Counted from the stretch's first letter, positions 30,001 to 40,060 are shown. The stretch is 57,704 nt of DNA from a virus (IMGVR_UViG_3300032245_001105:1-57704); one strand, 5' to 3'. The notes: generated from the letters alone by a model not told the origin. Made by a program: numbers and translations.

Positions 30001-33000
30001 GCATTGACACCAACATTAATATTACCACCAACATAAACGTTACCAGCAACACCAGCTCCGCCTGCTACCTGCAATGCGCCAGTAGTTGTGCTTGTGCTTG
30101 TGGTTGTGTTTGACAACAACAAACTACCCATCTGTGCGTTACCAAATGTACCAGTTACATTACCAGCAACTTCGGTTGCGTTAATCAAGAACTGCAATGA
30201 CTTGGTTGAATTTTCTAAACCAACAAATGCCAATGCATCAGCACCGTTATAATAGTGCATACGCAAGCCAATGTCTTTGCCATCATCAGTAGACCAAGTG
30301 GCCAAGTTGCCGTATGTGTGTAAGTCAATAATGCTGTCATAGTGCGTTACTTGTCCGCCGTCAAATGCCACATTACCTGCATGGTTTGTGATACCACCAA
30401 TCCAAACGTTGCCGGCAATGCCTGCGCCGCCTTTGGCTACAAATGACCCGGTTGTTATGCTTGTGCTTGGTGCTGAACTTGCGGCAACAATGTTACCACC
30501 GGAGATAATTGTGCTGGTTGTGTTTACTAGGCTAAACGAACCAGTCGTACCGCTAAATGTTCCAGCACTCAATGTGTATGTACTAGGATTATAAGCAAGA
30601 CCGCCGTCCCAACCCGATACACCTAAAATAGTATTACCACTTGATGCTGAAGCAGTACCGATATTACTGAATACTAAGGCATAGCTTTGGTTATTGGTCA
30701 AGTAAGTAACATTAGAGTACATGCTCACGTTGGCTGTTGGATATGTTCCGCTGATAGAGCCCAGACTGATATTGGTAATATTACTACCATCACCTTTAAG
30801 GTATGCACCAATGTTACCAATTGTGGCAGAGTTGACACTTGTTGCATTGACAGTTGTAGCAAAGACTGTGTTAACCCCGCTAATGTTTCCACTGGCACCT
30901 GTAGTAACTAAACTACCGCCAATATAGACGTTACCAACAACACCTGCGCCGCCTGCTACTACCAATGCACCTGTTGTGGTGCTGGTTGCGGCTGTTGTAC
31001 TTGTTAGGTTTGCATTACCACCAATCAAATTACCATTCAATGTTGTACTGGCATTGCCAACTGTGGCTGCGTAGACATTTGTGGCATTAGCAGTTGTAAA
31101 GAATGCTGTGGCAGGTGTAGCATTACCGATAATGGTATTTTGTATGCCGCCACCAATGTAAGCAGAACCGATTACGCCAATTCCGCCTGCAACTTGTAGA
31201 GCTCCACTCGAAGTACTGGTTGCGGCTGTGGTGTTGGCCAATATCAATGAACCGGCTTTTACTGTGTCGTAAGCAAGCCCAACATCGTTCCAGTTGATTG
31301 CTGATCCACTTGGTTCACTAAAGACATTACTAAAGAAAATCCAAGTGTTACTAGCAAAGCTTCTTGCTAGACCACTGTGTCTATATTGGTTTGCCGTATA
31401 GTCACTATAGAAACCAATGTCATAATTGTAATAGCTCAAATTGCCCAGGGCTTGTAAGTATAACAAGGGATCCTGAACTGTAAGCATGTTGGTTGTTGTA
31501 GCAATTAGGTTACCGGCATAAATGTTGCCACCAACCCATAAGTTGCCAAGAATACCAGCACCGCCAGTTATCTGCAATGCGCCTGTGTTTGTGCTTGTGG
31601 CATCTGTACTGTTTGTAATTTGTGTAACGCCGCTGGCACTCAATGTTGTAAATGCACCTGTGCCGCCCACGAAACCCAGCGCACTGATGGTGCTGGTACT
31701 TGGATTAACGTTGACACTGGTGGCAACCACTGTGCCCACATTACCCGACGATTTGTCTGCCAACTGTGGGTAGTATGTGGCATTGGTTGTTGATGTTGCA
31801 ACATTGTCATACATGCTGACATTGGCTGTTGTAACTGTGCCTACAACGTTAGCGGCAATGATGTTGCTCAAGAATCCACCGTTACCAACCACGCTTGCAC
31901 CAACATTACCGATTGTAGTTGCATTTACATTGGTGGCGTTAATAGTTGTAATATTGCCATATGAGCCAGTTAAGACTGCGCTTGCATTGCCAATTGTTGC
32001 GGCGTTGACTGTTGCGGCAATTACTGTGCCACTAAATGTGCCAGTTGAACCCACGTGTGCGGCACCAACATTACCAATTGTTGCGGCTTGTACTGTGGTA
32101 GCATTGGCTGTCGTAAAATATCCTAGACCAGGTGTTACATTACCAATTGCTGTAGCTTGTATACTTGTTGCATTGGCTGTGGTGAACACCGCCGAGCCAG
32201 GTGTTACATTACCAATTGCTGTGACTTGTAAACTGGTTAGTGTACCAGCATTACCTGTTATGGCAGCACCAGTATTGCCAATTGTGACTGCGTTGACATT
32301 GGTTGCAATTACATTTGATGTGAATAAGTTGCTAACACCACTGATATTACCATTGGATCCTGTTGTCTGTATGTTGGCCGCAGTTACAGTATAGCCACTG
32401 TATACGTTGCCAGCAACACCAATACCACCTGCAACAATCAATGCACCTGTTGTGGTGCTGGTAGCGGCTGTTGTAGCCGTGATGTTTGCCCAATTTGTGA
32501 TAGTTGCAGTTGAACCATATAGTATGCTAGATGCATTACCAATTGTGGCCGCATACAAGTTGGTGGCATTGGCTGTTGTAAAGAAAGCTGTGGTTGCGGC
32601 TGTGTTGCCAATAATACCTTGCAAACTACCTGCAGTCATTGTGGTAAATGCACCGGTGCCAGGTGTGACATTACCAATTTGTACCGCTTGTAGGCCACCT
32701 GTTGTGGCTGTATTAAATGTACCTGTGGTAAATGCGCCTGTACCAGGTGTGACATTACCAATTTGTACTGCTTGTAGGCCACCAGTTGTGGCTGTTGTAA
32801 ACACGGCTGTACCAGGTGTAACATTACCGATTTGTACCGCTTGTAGGCCACCAGTTGTGGTTGTGGTGAATACTGCTGTGTTGGGTGTTGTAGCACCAAT
32901 TGATCCGTTGTGTGCGGCATTGACAATTGTAGTACTCAATGTACCTGTGCTGGGATTGTATCCTAAAGAACTGTTAACACCCACAATGGTGTTACCGCTG

Positions 33001-33647
33001 GTAGAAATGTTACTGAACTGTGGGTAGAAAATTTGGTTGGTAGTAAATGCAGTTACATTGTCAAAATAACTAACGTTACCGGTATTGGCTGCGCCGGCTG
33101 TTAGAGCCGCTACACCTCTTCCGCCAACATAACGAACACCAACAACCCAAATTTGTGATCCAATTGAGCTAGGAACGTTTGTATCAGCAAAGTTAAGAAC
33201 ACCAGCTTGGTAATCAAAGAACCACGAGTCGTTGTTGCCTGAACCGTCAATGGGCAATGCTGTCAGTGTTTGTGCTGTGCTTGTTGTACCACCTGAACCG
33301 GTGTAAACCTTGACTTGATAGCCGGCGCCAAATTCTGGGCCAATCCAGTCTGTTAAGTTTGTTTTCCAAGTGCGGTTTGTTGCCGCGGTACCGTCGTTGG
33401 TTGCCTGCACCGAACTTGACAGTGTATCTCTGTAAACAGAATACACGCTGGCAACGTTACTGGTTGGCAATGTGGCTGTACTGGTGATTTGGTCAGCCGC
33501 AATGTACATGCTGTCGCCACGGATCAATAGCGGACTGCTTATACTTTCGTTGGCAGGACTCTTGTTGGTGGATGTGTCTGTTTTGGCCACACCAAAGCCA
33601 AGTTTCTTAAAGAGATAGTCTACTTTTTGTGCGTCTGAGATAGCCAT
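27039..33647 (-). CDS. Giant (2202 aa) repeat-rich fibre/appendage protein
   Basis: G/T/N/A-rich. Many STTTGAL(V/Q)VAGG.G..GN and IGNVTPGT..FTT repeats. Confidence 0.85.
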   Translation of the reverse strand: MAISDAQKVDYLFKKLGFGVAKTDTSTNKSPANESISSPLLIRGDSMYIAADQITSTATLPTSNVASVYSVYRDTLSSSVQATNDGTAATNRTWKTNLTDWIGPEFGAGYQVKVYTGSGGTTSTAQTLTALPIDGSGNNDSWFFDYQAGVLNFADTNVPSSIGSQIWVVGVRYVGGRGVAALTAGAANTGNVSYFDNVTAFTTNQIFYPQFSNISTSGNTIVGVNSSLGYNPSTGTLSTTIVNAAHNGSIGATTPNTAVFTTTTTGGLQAVQIGNVTPGTAVFTTATTGGLQAVQIGNVTPGTGAFTTGTFNTATTGGLQAVQIGNVTPGTGAFTTMTAGSLQGIIGNTAATTAFFTTANATNLYAATIGNASSILYGSTATITNWANITATTAATSTTTGALIVAGGIGVAGNVYSGYTVTAANIQTTGSNGNISGVSNLFTSNVIATNVNAVTIGNTGAAITGNAGTLTSLQVTAIGNVTPGSAVFTTANATSIQATAIGNVTPGLGYFTTANATTVQAATIGNVGAAHVGSTGTFSGTVIAATVNAATIGNASAVLTGSYGNITTINATNVNATTIGNVGASVVGNGGFLSNIIAANVVGTVTTANVSMYDNVATSTTNATYYPQLADKSSGNVGTVVATSVNVNPSTSTISALGFVGGTGAFTTLSASGVTQITNSTDATSTNTGALQITGGAGILGNLWVGGNIYAGNLIATTTNMLTVQDPLLYLQALGNLSYYNYDIGFYSDYTANQYRHSGLARSFASNTWIFFSNVFSEPSGSAINWNDVGLAYDTVKAGSLILANTTAATSTSSGALQVAGGIGVIGSAYIGGGIQNTIIGNATPATAFFTTANATNVYAATVGNASTTLNGNLIGGNANLTSTTAATSTTTGALVVAGGAGVVGNVYIGGSLVTTGASGNISGVNTVFATTVNATSVNSATIGNIGAYLKGDGSNITNISLGSISGTYPTANVSMYSNVTYLTNNQSYALVFSNIGTASASSGNTILGVSGWDGGLAYNPSTYTLSAGTFSGTTGSFSLVNTTSTIISGGNIVAASSAPSTSITTGSFVAKGGAGIAGNVWIGGITNHAGNVAFDGGQVTHYDSIIDLHTYGNLATWSTDDGKDIGLRMHYYNGADALAFVGLENSTKSLQFLINATEVAGNVTGTFGNAQMGSLLLSNTTTSTSTTTGALQVAGGAGVAGNVYVGGNINVGVNAVVTGTLGVTGDSTLTTGNIGGLQARSIGNVTPGTGAFTTASTTGNLTVGGNITITGNIVPSANITYSLGTSGNRFKDIWLSGQTEYLGGSVIGEGSDGNLNLTTATGNRVTISSTSNVMVATGNIATPYLLGNVYGTTGTFLGTGTSISSTTGAVVVTGGVGVGGNLYVGTNTAITGNLGVTGESTLTTGTIGGLQAKAIGNITPGTYTFTTGNVSGLQALAIGNVTAGTGAFTTLTASTWANITATVPSTSTTTGALVVAGGAGIAGNIYAGATSSVHALQGNLLIGPTQSAINADSPLTINPNTTTPALFANAVVHTTTLDGKNGFYGLDSFGAFAPGVASGFYARRGRGTVASPSALLSGDTIGALNFKGFGSSTFTGAAYAASGIRVGAAENFTDSAQGTYLEILTVPTGTITATQAVFVDTSGNVCINATTASSNTTEGALLVKGGAGIAGRVNIGGNTAVNSTLYGRGVYDNGTRVVSTSSGAGNLTISGTDINLTPVGPGAITTGSASAVPVITTDAYGRITAISTATVAAVATAANVAFYTQTVSLNTNDTFYPTFANVNGGNSIPGTSSLLSYNPGTGTLTASAAAINGGLTSTSTTSGALIVTGGVGISGSVYTGGAVVVNSTTNSTSTGTGALQVVGGMGIAGNVYFGNAAVFNSSQTAGSDYIVRGKNDATLIWARPSASYDTVIIGNSAVAGNVVAGAKLNINTTDSIKLPVGTNSQRPGNQGQTDVAGMFRYSTTQNAVEWYTGTQWMAATTAFTVITDEQFNGDGTTTDFTLAGTTTTAATIVSINGVIQIPTLAYSVVSSTTLRFTEAPASGDIIDVRRLTTTETVVALNDATGYNAVDVDNTDGVTISTGTATKNARYRINTDGAQVSLLANTAIASANVATTIDTMSTGTYRSAKYTVQATNGANYQVMEALLISNGTTATVTAYGTIQTNGNLGIVTATQSGSNAQLQFVALNASTNVRISKEYLLI
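32640..32880 (-). repeat. Near-tandem 69-84-nt coding repeats (TTGGLQAVQIGNVTPGT..FTT x3)
   Basis: Three near-identical copies of ACATTACC(A/G)ATTTGTAC(C/T)GCTTGTAGGCCACC. Confidence 0.85.
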
Positions 33648-33648
33648 A

Positions 33649-36312
33649 TTAGTGTGTTGCCGTTTCCATAGTTAATGCTGTTAGTGATTGCCCGCTTGTG
33701 AAGGCCACTCGTACCCAAATTTCATTGTTCGTTGAGTTTGTTGAACTCAATGTACCAAATGTTGCTGTTACGCTCTTGTTAGTTTGCGCCGAGTTGAGTA
33801 CTGCTACTCCGCCCACCGCACATCCTGCTGATCCGTTTGCGCCTGTGCCTGTGCCTGGGATACCAGATCCTGCATAAGCAGTACTTAAATCCAACCAACC
33901 GTTTGTTGGGGCCGCATATACGTCAGTGCCGTTAGATGCATTACCTGGTAATGCCACCCATAAACCTGCAATAGTACCTGTGTACTTGACGTCAAACTTA
34001 GATACTGCTGTACGAATGAACTTCATTGTGAAGTATTGTGTTGTAGACTGGCCTGACAAGTTTGGCCCCACTGGCAAATAACCAGTAGAATAGTTTGTCT
34101 GACTCCAGGTCAATATACCTTGTGCGCCAGATCCAATGTTAATACAATCATATGTCTGTAGTGTACTGGTCTGTCCGTTCCAAATTGGCGAGCTGACATT
34201 ACCTGCTGTGTAAGTAGGATTGTTACTGCTACCTTGACTAGCAACACGGAATCCGTTACCAGAACCTGTACCTACCGAGTTAACAGGAATTGAAATTTCT
34301 TCAATATTGGTGGTATAACCGTTTTTGTATAATACAGTTACGCCCAATGCTGTGGTAAATGCCTGTGTAGCCGAACTGTATCCGTTGTAGGCTGTTAGGC
34401 TTGGTCCAGTTGAGCTGGAGCCAAATCCTGTAGTTATCAAGCTACTAGGTGTTTCAAAGTATGCACTGCCTGAGCTGGCATACAAGTTGCGTACCAATGG
34501 TGTAGCCGGTACTGGAGACAATCCGCTGTAAGCGACCGATGTTGGTGCTTGCCAGGCGCCGCCTGCACTACCAGTCATGAATGTGTCGCTGGTATAATAC
34601 ATATCACCGCTCAAGTTGGCAATGTTGCCCTTGAGTCTCAAGACTGATGTGGCTGTCAAGTGTGGTATTGTACTTGAGTACTGTACCACATTGCTGGTCA
34701 ATACAGCATTGGTGCCAGCTGTGGTCACATTACTGTATGTTGGTCCTGCAACTGTTGTGTTGTCATAGTAGAACAAGATTGGGTTTGTATTGGCACCGTT
34801 GTATGTGTCGTTGATCAATACTGTGTTCCATCCTGGCAATGCTGTGCCTGTGGCGTAAGTTGTGAATATTCTCCAGAAGTTGGCATTTACAGCACTGTTC
34901 ACGCTGTTGTAGTCCATGTTACGACCAATGCGTAAGTTACCTGTAGAAACGTTACCGCCTGCAACCAGTGTGTTGGCACCTGCGGCTTGTCCGTTCCAGT
35001 ATACTGTTACTGTGCCCGAATCGCCCAGGCCAACATCAGTGATGTTGCTGGTTTGGTATGTACTGGTTCTAATTGCGGCCACTGTTGTACCTGCGGCAGC
35101 TTGGTATGTGTTGCCCAATGCATTGTCTGTTTGGCTGAAGTTTGTGATTCTAGCAGAAGTTGTGCCGGTGGTTAATGTCAATGCTGTGGCACCAGGGAAA
35201 GCTGGTGGGCTTGGTGGTACCAGTTTGCCCAGGATGTAGTTTAATTGTGATACTGCGTCTGTCACTGTAGTAGATGTTGTTAATGTTACTGCGTTACTGA
35301 CCAAGTAACCAGATGCGTTGGCGCCAAGTTGGATACTGTTACCCAATAGCGAAGTGAAACTTAAATTACCAGCACCGTCGGTTGTAATGGTGTATCCACT
35401 AGTACCGCCTGTGATCTGCACATTGCTGATACTGCCCAGGCCAATTTTACCAGTGTTGCTGGTGATAGCATTGCCAGCAATGGTCAAGCTGGTTGAGCCA
35501 ACATTGGAGATAATGTAACCTGTGGTCAAGTTGCCTGTTACACCAACTGTACTGCTGAATGTACCTGTGGTAAATGCACCAGAACCTGGTGTTACATTAC
35601 CAATGGCTGTGGCCTGTATGCTGGTAGCATTGGCTGTGGTGAATACTGCTGAGCCAGGTGTTACATTGCCAATTGCTGTGACTTGTATACTTGTTGCATT
35701 GGCTGTGGTGAATACAGCCGAGCTGGGTGTTACGTTGCCGATTGGGGTAGCTTGTAATCCACCTGGGAATTGTCCCAATCCAGATGCGTAAACATTACCA
35801 GCAATACCTGCGCCACCTGCTACTACCAATGCACCAGTTGTTGTGCTTGTGCTTGTTGTTGTTCCGTAAATGTTGCTAGAAATACCTGTGATATTGCCAG
35901 CTCTGATGTTGGCCCAACCACTGATGTTGATAGAACCAGTTGTAATACCAGTTTCTGTTGTGGCCACTGCCGCAAATGTAGCGTCTGATTCTCTCCATAC
36001 AAAACCAGTGTTAACCGAGCCGTAACCTGCAAGATTTTGCAGGTTTCTGTTGTTGATCATACCAATATCGTATGTTGGGCTACCAGTATAACCGTTATTA
36101 AAAACAATTAACGGGTCGTTAACATAGGTATTTGTAGAGTTAATTGTACTTGTGTTACCAGTAACGCTTAAATTACCAAGAATGGTAACGTTACTGCTAA
36201 GTGTTAACGAAGGATTGAACAGAGCTCCAGTTAACGTACCTGACGCAATTTTAGCGTAGGTAATTGTTGCATCAGTAATCTGATTATTTTTAATCCGGGT
36301 AATATTGGCCAT
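33649..36312 (-). CDS. Fibre/baseplate-associated structural protein (887 aa)
   Basis: RIKNNQITDATITYAKI start. Shares repeats with the 2202-aa protein. TAAATA at 36343-36348. Confidence 0.8.
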   Translation of the reverse strand: MANITRIKNNQITDATITYAKIASGTLTGALFNPSLTLSSNVTILGNLSVTGNTSTINSTNTYVNDPLIVFNNGYTGSPTYDIGMINNRNLQNLAGYGSVNTGFVWRESDATFAAVATTETGITTGSINISGWANIRAGNITGISSNIYGTTTSTSTTTGALVVAGGAGIAGNVYASGLGQFPGGLQATPIGNVTPSSAVFTTANATSIQVTAIGNVTPGSAVFTTANATSIQATAIGNVTPGSGAFTTGTFSSTVGVTGNLTTGYIISNVGSTSLTIAGNAITSNTGKIGLGSISNVQITGGTSGYTITTDGAGNLSFTSLLGNSIQLGANASGYLVSNAVTLTTSTTVTDAVSQLNYILGKLVPPSPPAFPGATALTLTTGTTSARITNFSQTDNALGNTYQAAAGTTVAAIRTSTYQTSNITDVGLGDSGTVTVYWNGQAAGANTLVAGGNVSTGNLRIGRNMDYNSVNSAVNANFWRIFTTYATGTALPGWNTVLINDTYNGANTNPILFYYDNTTVAGPTYSNVTTAGTNAVLTSNVVQYSSTIPHLTATSVLRLKGNIANLSGDMYYTSDTFMTGSAGGAWQAPTSVAYSGLSPVPATPLVRNLYASSGSAYFETPSSLITTGFGSSSTGPSLTAYNGYSSATQAFTTALGVTVLYKNGYTTNIEEISIPVNSVGTGSGNGFRVASQGSSNNPTYTAGNVSSPIWNGQTSTLQTYDCINIGSGAQGILTWSQTNYSTGYLPVGPNLSGQSTTQYFTMKFIRTAVSKFDVKYTGTIAGLWVALPGNASNGTDVYAAPTNGWLDLSTAYAGSGIPGTGTGANGSAGCAVGGVAVLNSAQTNKSVTATFGTLSSTNSTNNEIWVRVAFTSGQSLTALTMETATH

Positions 36313-36437
36313 GTATGATCATCCTAGCAAGAGTGTTGCTAGTATTTACCAGACGAGAGTTTATTACCCTTGTTATGGGCGGATATCCAAATGTAAGTAT
36401 ATTACCATCGAGTGTTGATTACTGGGTTGTAATACAC

Positions 36438-38573
36438 TTACGACTTCATGATGTAACATAGTGCATAGTACGGTGGCAAGTTTTGCCCAGTACCACTGCT
36501 ACCCGTGCTGGCAATACTAATTCCCGTTGTTTTACTGTCAGTGCCGACAGTAAAAGCACCTGATGTATCGTCGCCATGGGCTTCGGCACCTTTAAGATCT
36601 GCGGGACCTTGATTAAAGTCATTTAAGTCGTAAAGGCTTACCGAGTGAGAGTGTCCAGGGTCAGTAATACTGTGAGTGTGACTTACCACTATAGCATCTG
36701 CTGTACCACCAGTTGCTCCAACTGAATACGTGCTGCCGGCTCCAACTACAAATCGATCTTGTAAGTTGGGTGTGCCATTGGCTCCATTACACAGGTACCA
36801 ACCGTAAGGAATCGATGCACTTGACCCCGACCACATGACAATTATACCAGTTGGTAACATACTGCGTACAAATGCCGTGGTTGCCAATTGTGTGTTGTTT
36901 ACAGAAATATTTGCAGTTGGTGCTGTGACATTCCCAGTCAGTGTAGAATTCCCACTGACTGTCAAGTTACCTGTAACACTTAGGTTACTGGTTGAAATAT
37001 TACCAGTGGTTAAATAAGCAGCCACATTGGTATTGCCGTAGGTTCCTGCTTGAACTGGCAAATTGGTCAATAGGCCACCATTGCCTTTGACATAATTGGC
37101 GGTCAAGTTACCTGCTGTGGTCAAGTTGGCCGCAGTAATGTTGCCAGTTGTGGTAATGGTTGATGTAGTTAGATATGCCGCAACATTGGTGTTGCTGTAG
37201 AGTATTGTGTTCGCATAGGTATAGAAACTGCCAATGTTGGCATTAATGCTGTCAATTGATGCCTGTTGTGTGCCCGCATTTGCTACTGTGCTATATGTTG
37301 TATTAGAATAGGTATAGAAACTGCCAATATTGGCATTAATACTATTAATTGATGAATTCTGTGTGGCAGCGTTGACCCACAATGATCCAATATTGGCACC
37401 AATGTAAGATTGAACATTGGCGTTACTGTATATGCTACCTTGTGGATTGGCCACAAGATATGCGGCCACCTGTGCATTACCGTAGGTATAAAAATTATTA
37501 AGACCATTAACAATATTACCATTGACTGTTAGATTACCAGATATTACCAAGTCATCACTTAATACAGAATTTACGCTTACAGCCGCGCCCAAGAAACGAA
37601 TATCAATGATGTCAGTTGCTTCTGGGATTTCTGTAAAAGTAATTTGATTTGTATTAACAGTATAAGCCACCGTTGGGCGTTGAATAATACCGTTGATGCT
37701 AACAATAACCCCAATAGTTGTTGCTTCTTGCTCTAACGAGTAGATTGCACTGACGCCATCGGGTACAATCTGTTGGTCTGTCACTGTGTTGGTAATTGGA
37801 ATCCAGGCATTACCATCAAAGTATTCTATGGATGGTAATTCAGTATTAAAGCGTACTAGTCCGTTTTGCCCTGGTGGTCGTTGCGCTGTGGTTCCAACAG
37901 GAAAACGCAATGCTCCAGTTCCGCCAATGGTTACCACATTACCAGTATTGCCTGTTATGGTATCTGCATGAATATTTCCATAAAACGTGCTGATTACACT
38001 ACCTGCATTTATATTTCCACTATAAGTTGAAAAATAGCCCGGTAGGTAAGCTGATACATTGGCATTGGCGTACACCAGCGAAAATAATGTAGTTATGTTC
38101 GCTGTTACATTCCCTACATTTTCGTTAATTATCGAAATAGCATCAGTTACTGTGGTAGTTGACGATAATGTAACAGCATTGCTAAAACTACCACTGGTAT
38201 TAGAACCCAATGTGACATTGTTACCAGTAAGTACATCAAGTCCAGCGATCACATTTATGTTGCCAAATGCCAAATTACCTGCACCATCGGTATAGATAAC
38301 ATCATAGCTTGTACCACCACTCAATACAACATTTGATGGTGTGCCTAAATTAATTTTACCAGTATCACTTGTTATGGTATTGCCCAATATGCTCAAATTG
38401 GCTAGATGCACATTGCCCATCACGTCCAAACTCTGTGTTGGGATAACGGTGTTGACACCCAATCTACGATTGGTAACATCAAAATATACCAAATTTGTGT
38501 CGACAGAAAGATCAACCCCTTGACGTGACAAGTCGGTTTGTAGCATTGGTCCTGATATTTTACCAATGGCCAT
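36438..38573 (-). CDS. Tail fibre with C-terminal phage tail-collar domain
   Basis: LPTGIIVMWSG...IPYGWYLCNGANGTPNLQDRFVVGAG...HTHSITDPGHSH...NLPPYYALCYIMK. Confidence 0.85.
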   Translation of the reverse strand: MAIGKISGPMLQTDLSRQGVDLSVDTNLVYFDVTNRRLGVNTVIPTQSLDVMGNVHLANLSILGNTITSDTGKINLGTPSNVVLSGGTSYDVIYTDGAGNLAFGNINVIAGLDVLTGNNVTLGSNTSGSFSNAVTLSSTTTVTDAISIINENVGNVTANITTLFSLVYANANVSAYLPGYFSTYSGNINAGSVISTFYGNIHADTITGNTGNVVTIGGTGALRFPVGTTAQRPPGQNGLVRFNTELPSIEYFDGNAWIPITNTVTDQQIVPDGVSAIYSLEQEATTIGVIVSINGIIQRPTVAYTVNTNQITFTEIPEATDIIDIRFLGAAVSVNSVLSDDLVISGNLTVNGNIVNGLNNFYTYGNAQVAAYLVANPQGSIYSNANVQSYIGANIGSLWVNAATQNSSINSINANIGSFYTYSNTTYSTVANAGTQQASIDSINANIGSFYTYANTILYSNTNVAAYLTTSTITTTGNITAANLTTAGNLTANYVKGNGGLLTNLPVQAGTYGNTNVAAYLTTGNISTSNLSVTGNLTVSGNSTLTGNVTAPTANISVNNTQLATTAFVRSMLPTGIIVMWSGSSASIPYGWYLCNGANGTPNLQDRFVVGAGSTYSVGATGGTADAIVVSHTHSITDPGHSHSVSLYDLNDFNQGPADLKGAEAHGDDTSGAFTVGTDSKTTGISIASTGSSGTGQNLPPYYALCYIMKS

Positions 38574-38582
38574 TATGGATCC

Positions 38583-39005
38583 TTATACTGCGTTGGTACT
38601 GTTTAAATTATGTATAACAGTAATTGTTTGTCCGTATTCACCGTTAGTTGGACTTAGCGATATTGATGATGTGCCGTTAAATGTGTAATTGGTAACAGGT
38701 TGCTGATAAACTCCGCCCACAAACACCACCACATTTGCTTCTTGCCCATAGGCATAAGTGTAAGTCATCGGGCCATACGACGTTGTGGAGTTGGCAGTTG
38801 TAAATGTGTCTTTAACAATGTTAACTGTACCAATTTTGGCAATTTGGTTCCACGAGCCATCATAGTAAAATTCAACTTTACTGTTGGTTGAATTAAATCT
38901 AACAACACCATCAACCGGAGCATCAGATAGACTTTGACTGCCAATTGGCAATCTCACGCCTAACGATCCAGGTGCTATGTCAGGGTTCTTTAGTAGTCTT
39001 GCCAT
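38583..39005 (-). CDS. Small structural protein
   Basis: GVVRFNST...EFY module and VFVGGVYQQP..NYT module, both shared with larger fibre proteins. Confidence 0.75.
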   Translation of the reverse strand: MARLLKNPDIAPGSLGVRLPIGSQSLSDAPVDGVVRFNSTNSKVEFYYDGSWNQIAKIGTVNIVKDTFTTANSTTSYGPMTYTYAYGQEANVVVFVGGVYQQPVTNYTFNGTSSISLSPTNGEYGQTITVIHNLNSTNAV

Positions 39006-39007
39006 TA

Positions 39008-39319
39008 TTATATTCCAATCGAACTTACAGTTGAAGTAACTGTGTTTGCTGCCGAGCAGTTGGCCTTAACTGTGTCGCCATCCGACAAAATAAATTTTTC
39101 AGCATACACAATTAATGTATTGTAGGCTGTGACACTGACATTGGAATAGATAATAGTACCGTTACCGGCTGTGCTACCGTTGGGAACTAAAAATATATTT
39201 GCGTATGCGTTGTTTGCTGTGTAGTTGCACAAGTGAATTGTGGTAATGGCGCTTGAGCCACTGCTGGCATAAATGTTAGCGGCATTGCCTGTGCCAAGTG
39301 CTGTGTTTAGAATAGCCAT
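39008..39319 (-). CDS. Small structural beta-protein
   Basis: 103-aa ORF in the late operon, AGGA RBS. Confidence 0.75.
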   Translation of the reverse strand: MAILNTALGTGNAANIYASSGSSAITTIHLCNYTANNAYANIFLVPNGSTAGNGTIIYSNVSVTAYNTLIVYAEKFILSDGDTVKANCSAANTVTSTVSSIGI

Positions 39320-39333
39320 TTAATTTGTTCCTA

Positions 39334-39963
39334 TCATCCAAAAATAATACTGTATTTAATTGCGGCACTCTTGGTTGCCAATTCGTTTGTTGCCCCAGTG
39401 CTTTGCACGGTGTAAAGTCCTGAACCACCACCGCCGGCACTAGTGGTATATATCACCGTATTGCCTGCCAGTGCAGTTGGTGCAACTGATGTTGTGGCCA
39501 TTGCAACATTATTATTGATTCCAACATAACTTGATGTGCTTGAATAAATTTGATAGTTTTGTACATCCAAGTTGCCGCCCAATACAGGAGCGGTGTCTTG
39601 TGATACTGCTGTCAATGCCGATCCAGCACCGGCGGTAGTGGCAATGTTAGCATAAGTAGATCCGTTTGTGGTAACTTGCCAATTTTTAACCGATTCATTC
39701 CAGCGTAACTGTACATTAGCCAGTGTTCCGCGATCCACTTCGATACCGGCATTTAATGTTGGTGCAATACCGGGACTCAGTCCTGCATTTAATGTAATGA
39801 CATTGTCAAATATTGCAGTATTTGTTGTACTGAGAGAAGCTTGACTACCCAATACTATCAAATTTCCAGTTATAGTGACCAAAGAAGTGTCCATGGTAAC
39901 TGTGTCGCTGATGTTGATTGTTTTCAGCGTGTAACTGGTATTAATTCTTTTGTTCAAGGCCAT
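39334..39963 (-). CDS. Structural protein
   Basis: DNVITLNAG...AGIEVDRG...LRWNES and QDTAPVLGGNLDV modules. TAAATA at 39986-39991. Confidence 0.75.
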   Translation of the reverse strand: MALNKRINTSYTLKTINISDTVTMDTSLVTITGNLIVLGSQASLSTTNTAIFDNVITLNAGLSPGIAPTLNAGIEVDRGTLANVQLRWNESVKNWQVTTNGSTYANIATTAGAGSALTAVSQDTAPVLGGNLDVQNYQIYSSTSSYVGINNNVAMATTSVAPTALAGNTVIYTTSAGGGGSGLYTVQSTGATNELATKSAAIKYSIIFG

Positions 39964-40016
39964 TGTGGTATTTCCGTTATTGTAGTATTTATGCAGTTTA
40001 AAAATATGCAGAATTC

Positions 40017-40046
40017 AAAAAAATAGCACCCGAAGGTGCTATTTTT
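40017..40046 (-). terminator. Intrinsic terminator with C(UUCG)G tetraloop
   Basis: TAGCACC-TTCG-GGTGCTA followed by a U-tract on the minus strand. Confidence 0.9.
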
Positions 40047-40060
40047 GGAGTGCTTGACTA

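Noticed and set aside
28369-33027. Long plus-strand ORFs (about 200 aa, V/P/A/L-rich) inside the giant fibre gene
   Set aside because: Antisense shadows caused by Thr/Gly/Asn/Ala codon bias, which rarely creates stops on the reverse strand.
36313-36437. 125-nt intergenic gap with a weak hairpin (36411-36437) as a possible ncRNA
   Set aside because: Explained by a late promoter (36343-36348) plus one imperfect stem-loop after the upstream stop; no further structure evident.
19716-38573. Diversity-generating retroelement acting on fibre tips
   Set aside because: No reverse transcriptase and no non-coding template repeat with adenine-specific mismatches seen. The repeats are coding and internal.
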